A stretch of 64,000 nucleotides of DNA from a virus. The stretch's first letter is position 1. The number at the start of each line of letters is the position of its first letter. The stretch covers positions 32,001 through 96,000 of the IMG/VR virus record IMGVR_UViG_3300036832_000786. One strand, 5' to 3'. The notes under the pieces are model-generated. The model was given only the letters and a program-made list of their open reading frames with translations. It ran no database searches and was not told the origin of the DNA. Shown here in pieces: positions 19,049 through 29,254 of this stretch. A program made the translations under genes and the position numbers.

Positions 19049-20448
19049 TGGCACGGTCATTCACTGATCCCCGCCGACTCTATCGGAGCGGCGCTTCTGA
19101 CAGTTCGCGTGAAGTGGCTGAGAAGACTACTGTCATTGATGACTGTTTAGCGTTGCTTGAGATTTATGCGGAACACGGAGCACTGATCCCGCAGGACGCT
19201 TATATTCTGGCCGGTTTCCGATCAGATATGAAAGGTAACCAACCGCGTTGCAGTGACTTACTCAATTTCGGATGTACCGAGCGGACTGGGAAGAAGGGTG
19301 TTACCAAATCAGGGAACAAGGCTGATTTGGCCCGAATCACCGATCTCGGTCAAGAGTGTCGCGGTGACCCAGATAAGCTAAAGAAATTGAAACAGATACA
19401 CCGGGAAAAGACCAAGGCTAAGCGAGTCATTATGGAAAGTGATGTGACACCGGAAAAGGTGATAGCCAGCAAGGCCGAGATTCTCGGCCGGGAAGAGACA
19501 TTACAGAACCGGTACCGACCGGCGTTTCTTGATGAGATACTCGGACACGACGAGGTTATTGCAGCGATCAAAGCGGCGATCAAAGCCGGTGAGCGCGCGT
19601 TCGTCCTAACCGGGATATCGGGTGTCGGTAAGACGACGATGGCATTGCGGTTTGCCGAGGAGGTGATCGGCGCGTCGGGGGATCAGATTATACCGCTGGA
19701 CGCCGCCAAGTTTAATGGTGTCGAAACGATGACGACGCTGTCGGATACAGTCGAGCGTCACCGCGACCACCCGTTCTTGACCGGTGGTCTGCGGGTGTAT
19801 ATTCTCGATGAAGTCCACGCGATAACCAAAGCCGGTTGGAGTGTGCTACTAAACGCGCTCGAAAATCTGCCGCCGGGTTGGTACTTCTTCTTGTTGACTA
19901 ACGACCTAGATAAGGTACCTCCTGAGATAAAGTCACAACGCTGCGCGGTATTTGAGTTACTGCCGGTACCGACCAACGACACAGTCAAGATACTTAAGGA
20001 CGTGGTGCATTGTGAGGGGTGGTCAACACCAAAAGAGATAATCGGCTTGTGTGCGCGAGAGTCACTTGGTTCACCGCGCCGCGCTATTACGCATCTTGGA
20101 GCTTGTTACCACTGCACCGACCGAGATCAGGCAGCGAGATTGATCCGTGCCGCAGTGACAAAGACGCAAGGTGACTGGGGGTACAAGCTGGCGCAGGCGT
20201 TACAGACACCGCTACGATCGGCGCTTCAACGAATCTTGCGCGATGCGAGGGAAGCAAAAGAACATCCTGAAGGTATGCGCCGGGTGGTTTGTATTTTTTA
20301 CGAGACAGTGGGTTTGAACGCCAAGGATGATCGGACGTGGTCATACGCCGAGATGGTGTTAAACAATTTCGCGGATGTAGTGACAGACTCTTACCAGTTA
20401 CTTTTGGCAGCCATGCGGACACTACGGGAGGCTAACAATGGCAAATGA
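19048..20448 (+). CDS. clamp loader (DnaX gamma/tau-like AAA+) with N-terminal HTH-like extension
   Basis: YRP..LDEILGH, GISGVGKTT, ILDEVH, LLNALE, SQRC, GSPRRAI. Confidence 0.88.
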   Translation: MARSFTDPRRLYRSGASDSSREVAEKTTVIDDCLALLEIYAEHGALIPQDAYILAGFRSDMKGNQPRCSDLLNFGCTERTGKKGVTKSGNKADLARITDLGQECRGDPDKLKKLKQIHREKTKAKRVIMESDVTPEKVIASKAEILGREETLQNRYRPAFLDEILGHDEVIAAIKAAIKAGERAFVLTGISGVGKTTMALRFAEEVIGASGDQIIPLDAAKFNGVETMTTLSDTVERHRDHPFLTGGLRVYILDEVHAITKAGWSVLLNALENLPPGWYFFLLTNDLDKVPPEIKSQRCAVFELLPVPTNDTVKILKDVVHCEGWSTPKEIIGLCARESLGSPRRAITHLGACYHCTDRDQAARLIRAAVTKTQGDWGYKLAQALQTPLRSALQRILRDAREAKEHPEGMRRVVCIFYETVGLNAKDDRTWSYAEMVLNNFADVVTDSYQLLLAAMRTLREANNGK

Positions 20449-20917
20449 CCAACGTGAGCATGAGGCTTACGAAGACCTTTGTGCTTCGCGGGATCAGATT
20501 AATCATCTGTCACTCGGAGAGAGTATCCTTGAGCAACCGCAGTTGTTTGGTCACTGCGCGTCATGGTGCGCGCATGTCATCGCTCGCCGTGATGCGCTCA
20601 AGGATAACATCCAGGACACCGAGTCTGCGGTTGAGTTACGGGTGCGGAACGAGATCGCCGAGTCCGGCGAGAAGACCACCGAAGGCAAGGTTGCCGCGAT
20701 GGTCCGGGTGGACCCCGAGGTGAAGGAAGCCCGTAAGCGGTGGCACAAGGCTAAGGAAGTTGCTGATCGGTGGACGTACCTGTTGGACTCCTACAAACAG
20801 CGATCCTATTCGCTCACCCAGTATGTCAACTGGCGGGCCGGTGACTATGTTGACGAGAAGATGGGGCATACCCCCACAGCGTCGCGGGCGTCACTCAGTA
20901 GAAGGATGCGACAATGA
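20438..20917 (+). CDS. UvsY-like recombination mediator (coiled coil)
   Basis: KTTEGKVAAMVRVDPEV pattern; helical; located upstream of SSB and RecA. Confidence 0.55.
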   Translation: MANDQREHEAYEDLCASRDQINHLSLGESILEQPQLFGHCASWCAHVIARRDALKDNIQDTESAVELRVRNEIAESGEKTTEGKVAAMVRVDPEVKEARKRWHKAKEVADRWTYLLDSYKQRSYSLTQYVNWRAGDYVDEKMGHTPTASRASLSRRMRQ

Positions 20918-21046
20918 CACCGATCTTCATTGTCACTGGCTACCTGTTCCTGATGGTCAGTGTCTATGTTGCTGGCTACCTCGCGTCATGCGGCTGGCAT
21001 CGAGCCAAGCGCGAGTCACTTAACAAGATGATGCAGGAGGTGACAC

Positions 21047-22135
21047 ATGGCTAGAGGTGCAACACGACGGCGTGAGTTTGACTACCAACCACCGAGTTAC
21101 GAACAAACGGTGGAGCGTGCCGATCGGCAAGGCTCGATGTATGACAACTTGTTTAAGTCGGTGAAGACCTACCGGGCGGCCGAGGGCCGCAACATCGTGC
21201 GTATCCTGCCGCCGACCTGGAAGGGAGCGGCCCATTACGGGTTGCCGATCTGGGTACATTATGGTGTCGGTCCCAAGGAGGCGGCGTATCTCTGCCTGCG
21301 GGAAAACAAATCGTCACCACACAAGCGGTGTCCGCTTTGTGAGGAACTGTACAATCTCGGTGCGCGGGCAACACCCGATGACCGCAAGGCATTGTTACCG
21401 ACACAGAGCATTCTCTATTACATCCTCGACCGGAACCAACCGCAGAGCGGTGTCATGTTGTGGCGAGTATCGGGTACCGCTGACAGTGAAATCGCGGCAC
21501 AGAGTGTCAATCGTCGTAAGGGTAGTGTGCTCAATATCGTGGACCCGGAGCATGGTTACGACCTGGAGTTCCTGCGCACCGGCCAGAAGCTGAATACCCG
21601 GTACCGGGGGTATCAGGTGGTCCGTGAAGAGAGTCCTATGTGCGAGGACGATCGGACTTATGAGGAGGTGCTCGACTTCATTTTCGACAACCCGTTGCCG
21701 GGGGTACTGAACTTCTATCGGCCGGAACATATCGAGGGCGTGTATTCCGGCAAGGTTGGAGGTGACGAAGAAGATGACACTAGCGGTCGCGATCGTGGCC
21801 GTCCACGCGGGCGTGATGATGAAGACGACGAGCGGGAAGCCCCACGGATGCGGTCACGCGCCGCGCCACCGCCGGATGACGAGGAGGAGGAGGAAGAAGA
21901 AGCCGCGCCGCGACGGTCACGGCTGGCACGGGAGATTGATGACGAGATACCGGAGCCGGAACCCAAGCCGCGCCGCGCGCGCGGCCGGGTGGAGGTGGAA
22001 GAAGAGGAGCCGGAAGACGAGCCGGCCGAAACCGCGCCCCGGAGCACGCGCCGCCGGGCCGATGATGACGAGGAGGAGGAGGTAGACGATCGGCGCTCCC
22101 GCCTGCGGCAGCGGTTGAGCCGCAACCGCGATTAG
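21047..22135 (+). CDS. single-stranded DNA-binding protein (gp32-like) with long acidic tail
   Basis: GRNIVRILPP, WVHY, C...CPLC zinc ligands, DPEHGYDL; D/E/R-rich C-terminus. Confidence 0.8.
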   Translation: MARGATRRREFDYQPPSYEQTVERADRQGSMYDNLFKSVKTYRAAEGRNIVRILPPTWKGAAHYGLPIWVHYGVGPKEAAYLCLRENKSSPHKRCPLCEELYNLGARATPDDRKALLPTQSILYYILDRNQPQSGVMLWRVSGTADSEIAAQSVNRRKGSVLNIVDPEHGYDLEFLRTGQKLNTRYRGYQVVREESPMCEDDRTYEEVLDFIFDNPLPGVLNFYRPEHIEGVYSGKVGGDEEDDTSGRDRGRPRGRDDEDDEREAPRMRSRAAPPPDDEEEEEEEAAPRRSRLAREIDDEIPEPEPKPRRARGRVEVEEEEPEDEPAETAPRSTRRRADDDEEEEVDDRRSRLRQRLSRNRD

Positions 22136-22154
22136 TCACTAACACCGGAGGGGT

Positions 22155-23201
22155 ATGATGGCACGGGTAGCAATTGAAGACGACAACGTGGTGGACGCTG
22201 GTCACTACTTCGCCCGGCGCAGCAACAGTATCGAATTCATCCCCTCCGGTGCCGCTGTTTTGGATTGTGCGCTGGGCGGCGGCTGGCCGTTGTCACGAAT
22301 CAGCAATATCATTGGTGACGAAAGTTCCGGGAAGACGCTGATGGCGATCGAAGCCTGCGCCAATTTCGCCCGGCTGTATCCAAAGGGGAACATCTACTAT
22401 CGCGAAAGTGAGGCAGCCTTTGATGTTCCATATGCCGAGGCGATGGGTATGCCGGTGGACCGGGTACAGTTTATTGAACCGGACGATTTTGTCACCATTG
22501 AGGACTTTTACGAAGACCTGCACAAGGCGGTGGAACAGACTGCCAAACGTGACAGTGCCGCCTTATACATCGTGGATTCGCTCGACGGATTGAGTGACAA
22601 AGCCGAGCAAGGTGCGGCGTTTGACGCCGCGAGTTACAACGTCACTAAGGCCAAGCAGATCGGTAAGTTGCTGCGGATGTGTAAGGGCGAAGTGTCCAAG
22701 GCGCGGATGAACCTGATGATCATCAGTCAGACACGGGACCGGATCACCGAAGGGTTTATGGCGCGATACGCTAAGAAGAAGACCCGCAGCGGTGGCCGCG
22801 CGCTCGACTTTTATGCAAGTCAGTGTCTGTGGCTGAGTCACTTGGACACGATCCGCGAGCAAAAGTCCAAGGTTAAGCGGCCGGTTGGTATCCGTATTCG
22901 TGCCAAGTGTGAGAAAAACAAGATTTCACTGCCATTACGGGAGTGTGAATTCACCATACGTTTTGGTCAGGGGATCGATTCGCTGGCGTCCGGTCTGGAC
23001 TGGCTCGATGACGTGGGCCGGTGGGGCGACGTGATCGATGTCACGCGGCCGACATATATGAAGCGGGTCGATGCCATGTCCGAACCCGATTATTGGGCCG
23101 AGGTCGCGCGGGTTGATGAGGCGGTGACCGGGATATGGGCCGAAACCGAAGAGCTATTCCTCGCCGGTACGCGCCGCAAATACCGCTATGCCGCCGAATA
23201 G
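22155..23201 (+). CDS. recA: RecA/UvsX recombinase
   Basis: IPSGAAVLDCALGGGWP, GDESSGKT, IVDSL, ISQTRD, SGGRALDFYAS, KNK. Confidence 0.93.
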   Translation: MMARVAIEDDNVVDAGHYFARRSNSIEFIPSGAAVLDCALGGGWPLSRISNIIGDESSGKTLMAIEACANFARLYPKGNIYYRESEAAFDVPYAEAMGMPVDRVQFIEPDDFVTIEDFYEDLHKAVEQTAKRDSAALYIVDSLDGLSDKAEQGAAFDAASYNVTKAKQIGKLLRMCKGEVSKARMNLMIISQTRDRITEGFMARYAKKKTRSGGRALDFYASQCLWLSHLDTIREQKSKVKRPVGIRIRAKCEKNKISLPLRECEFTIRFGQGIDSLASGLDWLDDVGRWGDVIDVTRPTYMKRVDAMSEPDYWAEVARVDEAVTGIWAETEELFLAGTRRKYRYAAE

Positions 23202-23409
23202 ATGTAAGAATTGTGGCGGTGACCACCCCGTCAAGGCACCGTGCCGCGTCCATGAGATTGCCCGCCGGGCCGGGAAATATGATAGGATTCGTGCGGGAGA
23301 GCCGGTGCGGGAGGCGAAATGGCCAGCGGGTACCTGGGGTCACGCGGATTACTGGCTGGGGTACTACATCGGCACGGTGCGAGATACCTTGTTAAGGGAA
23401 CCACGATGA
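23188..23409 (+). CDS. small Zn-knuckle protein
   Basis: CKNCGGDH....C motif. Confidence 0.45.
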   Translation: MPPNRCKNCGGDHPVKAPCRVHEIARRAGKYDRIRAGEPVREAKWPAGTWGHADYWLGYYIGTVRDTLLREPR

Positions 23410-23563
23410 CGCTTGAATGTTTTTACAGGAAAACGTATATGAGACATCTGAGCGGTGTCGGCCAACGCGGTGAATCTTCCCGTGGGTCGGACAGACCCTC
23501 GTTGGGGTGTCGCACTAAGAAGCCCCCACTGACAACCGCATCTTTATTAGCCGGGCGGCAGTA

Positions 23564-23848
23564 ATGAGCCGCCCGGCTGTGCGCACGCGTGAGATGCGGG
23601 TTGGGATCGACAACCCGATCGTCATCCAGTTGAAGACGCGTCCGCGTCCTAGTGAAGCCAACCTGCTACACATTCTCGGCGAGTTCCCGAACCGCTACGT
23701 CGCGGTCAATGACTTGTGCGCGCGGTTGAAAGTGTCACGAACCAGTTTGAAGATACACGCGTGCCGATTGCGGAAACACCTGACAGGTGACTGGCTTGTG
23801 CAGGGAATAGGTAATGGTTACCGGCTGATCGATTTGAGGGATAAGTGA
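23564..23848 (+). CDS. winged-helix DNA-binding protein (OmpR C-terminal-like)
   Basis: EANLLHIL...SLKIHACRLRKHL...GNGYRL. Confidence 0.7.
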   Translation: MSRPAVRTREMRVGIDNPIVIQLKTRPRPSEANLLHILGEFPNRYVAVNDLCARLKVSRTSLKIHACRLRKHLTGDWLVQGIGNGYRLIDLRDK

Positions 23849-24069
23849 CCATGAAAGTATCATGCACCATCGATTATATGACACTTGAGAGTGACAGTGG
23901 ACGTGAGATTGATAGTGTCGAGGTGACATGTAAGCGGTGTGACCATTCGACCCAGTCTTATGGTGACGGTGCGGCCAGTGTCCGGCGGTGTCTAGTATTG
24001 CTACGCGAAGAGTGTCCGCGCCACGAAGAGAATTATTACGCCGCCGAAGGCGGCGAGGATGAGTGCTGA
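23845..24069 (+). CDS. small Cys-containing hypothetical protein
   Basis: CKRC...C...ECP; coupled to its neighbours. Confidence 0.55.
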   Translation: MTMKVSCTIDYMTLESDSGREIDSVEVTCKRCDHSTQSYGDGAASVRRCLVLLREECPRHEENYYAAEGGEDEC

Positions 24070-24317
24070 TGCGGTGCGAAACCTGCCGGGGAACCGGTGA
24101 TCGGCTCAACCCAGCATTAGATGTTAGGGTACATCCTCGTAATGGGGTTAGTATCAAGAACCCACACAGTCTGCCGATATTAGTACCTTGCGCCGAGTGT
24201 GGCGGGTGTGGCATTTTAAGTTGCTGCGATGGCGCAGGAGGCACCGAAGCCGATCTAGGAGGCTCAGATGTCCCGCTGGCCCGACAACGGGGTTTGGGAA
24301 CCAAAGGACGCGTTTAA
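24063..24317 (+). CDS. small DnaJ-type zinc-finger protein
   Basis: CETCRGTG and CAECGGCG repeats. Confidence 0.55.
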   Translation: MLMRCETCRGTGDRLNPALDVRVHPRNGVSIKNPHSLPILVPCAECGGCGILSCCDGAGGTEADLGGSDVPLARQRGLGTKGRV

Positions 24318-24662
24318 TCGGGCACCCCGCCCGGCATTGACCGAATGTGAACCGTCACGGAAACTGGCGCGCCGCCTGCGGCTTATGCGTTGGCTGGTGA
24401 AGTTCGTCCTGTTTGGCGGGTTCTTTGTGGTGGTCATGATCGGCCTGTTCTACTTTGCGAGGTGACATGAACTACCCTGATGTCAATCCGACCTGGGGCT
24501 TGCGTTACTATGATGGTCACTTCCATCTCCACTTGATGTGGATGCACTGGAGGACCGGTTACTGGACAGCGACACGCACCGTGTCGCGTCGTTATAGGAC
24601 ACTCGACATCGCACTTGCGTCTACGAGGGATATAGGTGCGGTGATGCTCTTTCCGGTGTAAG

Positions 24663-24771
24663 AGTCACCTCCGTGAACAGAAACACAGTAAGGGAACGAG
24701 TCTTGGTGGTAGAGTGACACAAATCGAAAGAACGAGTCATACGGCGCACACAGAAACACGCAAGAGGAACG
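24663..24771 (+). repeat. TIGR-like dual-repeat array A (3 units)
   Basis: AGTCA-cctccgtga-ACAGAAACA-cagtaaggg-AACG / AGTCT-tggtggtag-AGTGACACA-aatcgaaag-AACG / AGTCA-...-ACAGAAACA-cgcaagagg-AACG. Confidence 0.8.
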
Positions 24772-24773
24772 AA

Positions 24774-26615
24774 GTGACAGCGATATTGGTGAGTGACACT
24801 CATCTCACGGATCGTCCGAACGACGAATACCGTTGGGGTTTGTGGCCTTGGCTGCGTGAGCAAGTCAAGCGGGTGCAGGCTGACGAGATCGTACACCTGG
24901 GTGACATGACCGATGCCAAGGACCGTCACCCGGCCCGGCTGGTCAATCGGTTGGTGGAGTCGGTTGGCGGTATTACCGATCTGTGCCGCCTCTACCTGTT
25001 AAAGGGGAACCACGATTATATCGATCCTCTCGATCCGTTCTTCGGATTCACCGGCTCGCATTCCAAAATCAAGTATATAAAGATACCCTTAATGGCTCAA
25101 CTGTCGATCGGCAAGGCCACCTTTGTTCCTGCCGGTGAAACCTGGAACTTCCAGCTACACGATTTCCCTTACTGTTTCACCCATGTCACCTTTGATGGGG
25201 CGGAAGCCGAAAATGGTTCCTTGCTACCGGGTGTCGATCCGGCGAGACTCAAGGATTACGCGGGGATGGTGTATTGCGTGACCGAAGGTCACGAAGTTCT
25301 GACTAAGTCGGGATGGGTTGATATCTCGACCACGCCGGATGAGATAGCGGTGTGGGATGATGGTGCGATCACTTTTGAAACACCCTTGCGGTGGAATGTT
25401 GGGGAAGCAGACGATTTGATATCCGTGACGACAAGGGCGATGTCTATAGTAGGCACGCGGGAACACCAGATGCCGGTCGTGGAGGGAAGTGGAGTCGGTA
25501 AGCGGTGTCTGGACGAGTTACCGGGCACTCATGATATATCTCCTGGTGTCGGTACATACGATAAAGGAACTAAATCTGTTGAGCATGTCCAGCTTATCGC
25601 TGCGTTCCAGGCTGATGGGCACCGAGATCGTCACGGTGACATAACTTGGACATTCGGGAAGCAGCGAAAGATTGATAGACTGAGGGCGTTGCTAGAAGCT
25701 TCTGGGTTGCGGTTCTCTGAGTATCCGGTAACTCGCGGATATACGCGGTTCCTTGTCCATAGGCACCAGGGTCAAGAAAGCTGGCCAAAGCATTGTGGCG
25801 CTGAAATTTTAGAGTGGAACAATGATAGCCTGGAAGATTTTTGTGAGTCTCATTTATGGTGGGACGCCAGTGTCGGTCAGTATCCTCGCATTGAGGCGAA
25901 ATCGAAGGAACACCTTGAATGGTTGGCTGTTGCTTACATGTGTACAGGTCGGATGATCCGGGTGACCAAACTGGTGAAGCCGAGAGGTATGTATTGGCGG
26001 CTGTCACTCAGGAATAACAGCGTTCATGGATTTTATAAGTCGGAGGTGGATGAGGTACCGGGCGCGCATAAGGTCTACTGTCCTACGGTGCGTTCGGGGT
26101 TCTTTATGATGCGTCGGGAAGGTAAGGTTTTTGTTTCCGGGAACAGCGGGGATATCCACGTCCCGCAGAAGGTCCGCAAGAACATTGAGTATGTGGGTGC
26201 ACCGTACCATATCCGTTTTGGTGACACCTTCACTCCGCGTGTCCTGGTGGTATACAATAATGGTAAAACCAACGAGTTACACTACCCGGCACCGCGTAAG
26301 ATAGTGTTCAGCCTCGACAACCCCAAGGGACTCGACCGGCTGATCGCGGAACCGGGTGACCATGTCCGTATCCGGTATCATTTGCGCCGTAGTGACTATG
26401 ACACTTGGCACGAAGTCCGCGAGCGGATCAGGCAGTACGCCACCGAGCGGGGATGGGTACTGTTTGGTGTCGAGGCGATGCCGATCGAAACCAAAGAGCG
26501 CGACAGAAGCAAGGTTGACGAGTTACTGACACCGGATCAGTTATTCGATGACTATGCCAAGCGTCACAAGCTGAGCGAGGAGTACATCAGGATCGGGCGA
26601 GAGTTACTGCTATGA
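24774..26615 (+). CDS. SbcD/Mre11-like metallophosphoesterase nuclease containing an intein
   Basis: SDTH, HLGD, KGNHD, FTH, SGDIH, YVGAPY..FGD. Start placed at GTG 24774 after AAGAGGA; the longer ORF-track start reads through array A. Confidence 0.9.
   Translation: MTAILVSDTHLTDRPNDEYRWGLWPWLREQVKRVQADEIVHLGDMTDAKDRHPARLVNRLVESVGGITDLCRLYLLKGNHDYIDPLDPFFGFTGSHSKIKYIKIPLMAQLSIGKATFVPAGETWNFQLHDFPYCFTHVTFDGAEAENGSLLPGVDPARLKDYAGMVYCVTEGHEVLTKSGWVDISTTPDEIAVWDDGAITFETPLRWNVGEADDLISVTTRAMSIVGTREHQMPVVEGSGVGKRCLDELPGTHDISPGVGTYDKGTKSVEHVQLIAAFQADGHRDRHGDITWTFGKQRKIDRLRALLEASGLRFSEYPVTRGYTRFLVHRHQGQESWPKHCGAEILEWNNDSLEDFCESHLWWDASVGQYPRIEAKSKEHLEWLAVAYMCTGRMIRVTKLVKPRGMYWRLSLRNNSVHGFYKSEVDEVPGAHKVYCPTVRSGFFMMRREGKVFVSGNSGDIHVPQKVRKNIEYVGAPYHIRFGDTFTPRVLVVYNNGKTNELHYPAPRKIVFSLDNPKGLDRLIAEPGDHVRIRYHLRRSDYDTWHEVRERIRQYATERGWVLFGVEAMPIETKERDRSKVDELLTPDQLFDDYAKRHKLSEEYIRIGRELLL
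25275..26144 (+). mobile_element. intein (290 aa) with LAGLIDADG-type homing endonuclease remnant
   Basis: Starts CVTEGHEVLTKSGW; block B TREH; LIAAFQADG; block F VYCPTV; ends VSGN followed by S. Removing it restores VY|SGDIH. Confidence 0.9.
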
Positions 26616-26651
26616 ACCGTCTAAAAGTCACAGAGTCAACCGATTTAATCG
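26615..26651 (+). repeat. single degenerate TIGR-like unit
   Basis: AACCG-tctaaaagtc-ACAGAGTCA-accgattta-ATCG, beginning at the sbcD-like stop codon. Confidence 0.4.
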
Positions 26652-26653
26652 AG

Positions 26654-26890
26654 ATGACTAATAGTCAAAGGAAGATCGCTGATATGATATTCAGTGTAGT
26701 TGCAAGCGAGCTTGCGGCACAAGGATACAATCCCGGTGATCCTGCTATAGGATGGAGTCTCGTTGCCATGTTGGGGGCGTATTATAGGGAGACAGGTTGT
26801 GATCAAGAATACCGGCGAGTGTTTACGAGACTGATCGAGGCGCAGTTTAATCTTGAGGAAAGTGAGTCTCGTATGTGTGGGAGTGACTAA
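26654..26890 (+). CDS. small hypothetical protein
   Basis: ORF between the sbcD- and sbcC-like genes; start could also be 26612. Confidence 0.5.
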   Translation: MTNSQRKIADMIFSVVASELAAQGYNPGDPAIGWSLVAMLGAYYRETGCDQEYRRVFTRLIEAQFNLEESESRMCGSD

Positions 26891-28737
26891 TGCCCTTACT
26901 GAGCCTGAAGAAACTGACGGTGACCAACTTCCGGGCGGTGACAAGCACTGTCGAGGTCGATTTCGACCAGCCGCCCGGTCTGTACTTTGTCGCCGGGCGT
27001 AATGAATCACGCCCACGGCTGGGAGCAAACGATGCTGGTAAATCTACCCTGTTCTGCGAAGCCCTTTCTTGGTTGCTCCAAGCGCGCACTAGCCGCTCCA
27101 ACCGACCCGGTGCCGATATCGTCAACTGGTACGCTGACGGTAACACTGCCGGTGTCACGGGAGTGTTTGTGCTTGATGGTGTCACGCACGTACTGGAACG
27201 ATACCGTAATCCAAGCCGCCTCACCCTCGATGGTCGCACCGTCGAGCAACGCGATATCGATCAGTTACTACCGTTATCAGACACCGCGCTAAGACGTACC
27301 CTATTGATTGATCAGTTTGGCACCATGTTTATGGGGCTGCGGCCGGAAGAGAAGTCACGAATATTCTCCGAGACACTGAGCCTTGACAAGTGGATCAAGG
27401 CATCCGATGGCGCGGGCCGCAAGGTGACCGATACCGAGCGGGCGATCCAGCGGTTGGAACAGGAATTGGCAGTCACCACCGGTACCCTGGCGGAAGTCAC
27501 CGATCAACGCGAGGCAGCGGTAGACTGCGAAACAAAATTCGAGATTGAGCAACTCGCCGCGATCAGGCGGTTAAGGCTTGAGGTGCGCGATGCCGAAGCG
27601 GCCCGCGCGAAGTCCGAAGCAGTGTTGAACGCCGCGCGCGCGGAGTTCGCGGAGTTCTCTGGTGACGACCTGCGGGAACTGGAAGACTACCGCGCCACGG
27701 AGCGTAAACTGATCCGCACTATCGCCACTACCGAACAGGATGCAGCGAACGGCGCGGAGAAGATTGTGGCGTTGCAGCGGGAGTTGCGCAGGTACACCGA
27801 TGCAAAGGGTGTCTGTCCTGAATGTGGCCAGGAGGTGAGTGACGAGCACATTGCCGAGAAAGCCGCCGGGGTGCGCAAGAGGATTAAGGAGGCGAGGGTG
27901 GAACTAGCGGAGCACAGTAAAGCATTTGCCGAGTTACCGGCAGAGCTTGAAGCGGTGCGGGTTGCGATCAGTCAGTTCGAACAGGCGCTCGCGGGGTACC
28001 AGAAGGCACAAAGCGCGGTGTCGGTCGCCGCCGGGCAGTCGATCCACGACACCCGCGAGATGCACCGGCTGAACAAGTTACTGAAAGAAACGACAGAACA
28101 GGATAACCCGTTCAATGATCAGTGTGACAAGCTCGATGCGCGGCTGACTGAGTTACGCGATACCCGTAAGCGGCAACGTAGCGAGTTGAACGAGGCGCGC
28201 CGGTTAATGGCGGTGTATGTGTTCTGGCAGAACGGGTTTCGCGAGATACGGCTCGACCAGATCGACACCACGCTGATGGAACTGGAACTGGCAGCAAACC
28301 GTCACAGTGAGTCACTCGGCTTGGATGACTGGGAGATACAGTTCGCCACCGAACGCGAAACCGCTTCGGGATCATTGTCACACAAGTTCACTGTGTACCT
28401 GTTCCCGCCCGGCCAGGACAAGCCGGTGGATTGGGAGAACTATGCTGGTGGTGTGTCACAACGGTGGCAGTTGGCAGTGACCAGTGCTCTGGCCGAGATA
28501 CTGTTAGCGCGTGCTGGTATCGACACCGATTTTGAGATACTCGATGAATGCTCAACCCATCTTTCGCGGGAAGGTATTGAGGATTTGTTGTCGTGTCTTC
28601 GGAATCGTGCCCGCGAACTCAATCGGCGTATCTATTTTATAGACCATCATATGCTTGATCATGGTGCGTTTGACGGTGTGTGTACTGTGGCGAGAACAAA
28701 TGATGGTGTGACTCTGGAATGGAGTGGCGGCGTATGA
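26890..28737 (+). CDS. SbcC/Rad50-like SMC ATPase
   Basis: GANDAGKST Walker A, IDQ Q-loop, coiled coils with CPECGQ zinc hook, YAGG signature, ILDE Walker B, IDH. Confidence 0.92.
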   Translation: MPLLSLKKLTVTNFRAVTSTVEVDFDQPPGLYFVAGRNESRPRLGANDAGKSTLFCEALSWLLQARTSRSNRPGADIVNWYADGNTAGVTGVFVLDGVTHVLERYRNPSRLTLDGRTVEQRDIDQLLPLSDTALRRTLLIDQFGTMFMGLRPEEKSRIFSETLSLDKWIKASDGAGRKVTDTERAIQRLEQELAVTTGTLAEVTDQREAAVDCETKFEIEQLAAIRRLRLEVRDAEAARAKSEAVLNAARAEFAEFSGDDLRELEDYRATERKLIRTIATTEQDAANGAEKIVALQRELRRYTDAKGVCPECGQEVSDEHIAEKAAGVRKRIKEARVELAEHSKAFAELPAELEAVRVAISQFEQALAGYQKAQSAVSVAAGQSIHDTREMHRLNKLLKETTEQDNPFNDQCDKLDARLTELRDTRKRQRSELNEARRLMAVYVFWQNGFREIRLDQIDTTLMELELAANRHSESLGLDDWEIQFATERETASGSLSHKFTVYLFPPGQDKPVDWENYAGGVSQRWQLAVTSALAEILLARAGIDTDFEILDECSTHLSREGIEDLLSCLRNRARELNRRIYFIDHHMLDHGAFDGVCTVARTNDGVTLEWSGGV

Positions 28738-28847
28738 CCGAAACCTGGAAACCCATTCCCGATTGGCCTTGGTATGAGGCTGGTGACCAAGGTCGGATAA
28801 AACGTAACAACAGACACAAGATGTCGGAACGGAGTCGTAAGAATTGA
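28734..28847 (+). pseudogene. truncated NUMOD4-motif (HNH homing endonuclease) remnant
   Basis: MTETWKPIPDWPWYEAGDQGRIKR matches the NUMOD4 pattern EXWKPI...YEVSNXGRV, then runs into array C and stops. Confidence 0.6.
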
Positions 28848-29014
28848 CAGACACAAGTGTGATGAACGAGTCACGAAGATCGATAGAAACAAATAATGTG
28901 AATGAGCTAAGACCCAATGACAGACACAAAGCAGATGAGCGAGTCACTGATCTAGACCTGAAACACTTGGAGAGAGCGAACCAACCAAGTTGAAAGACAC
29001 ATGTCGCCAGAGTG
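28810..29014 (+). repeat. TIGR-like dual-repeat array C (~5.5 units)
   Basis: Example unit AGTCA-cgaagatcg-ATAGAAACA-aataatgtg-AATG; followed by a GC hairpin at 29008-29040. Confidence 0.85.
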
Positions 29015-29254
29015 CGCCCTTTCGGGCGGGAGACGCACTGACTTGTAAACATGGAAGATTCTGGCGTTCCTGCCTACGTTGTAAAAAACTTGTTGCGTGG
29101 AGGAACCTGGATCGATTGAAATGGATACAAGCCCAGCCTATCGAGAGTACGCCGCCCCCGGTGTAGAAGAAGGTTTGCTCCGAGGGATGTTCTTTGGTAT
29201 TCTGATCGAAGGCATCACGGCTGGGGTGGTGTGGGCTTTGGTCACTATTATTCC

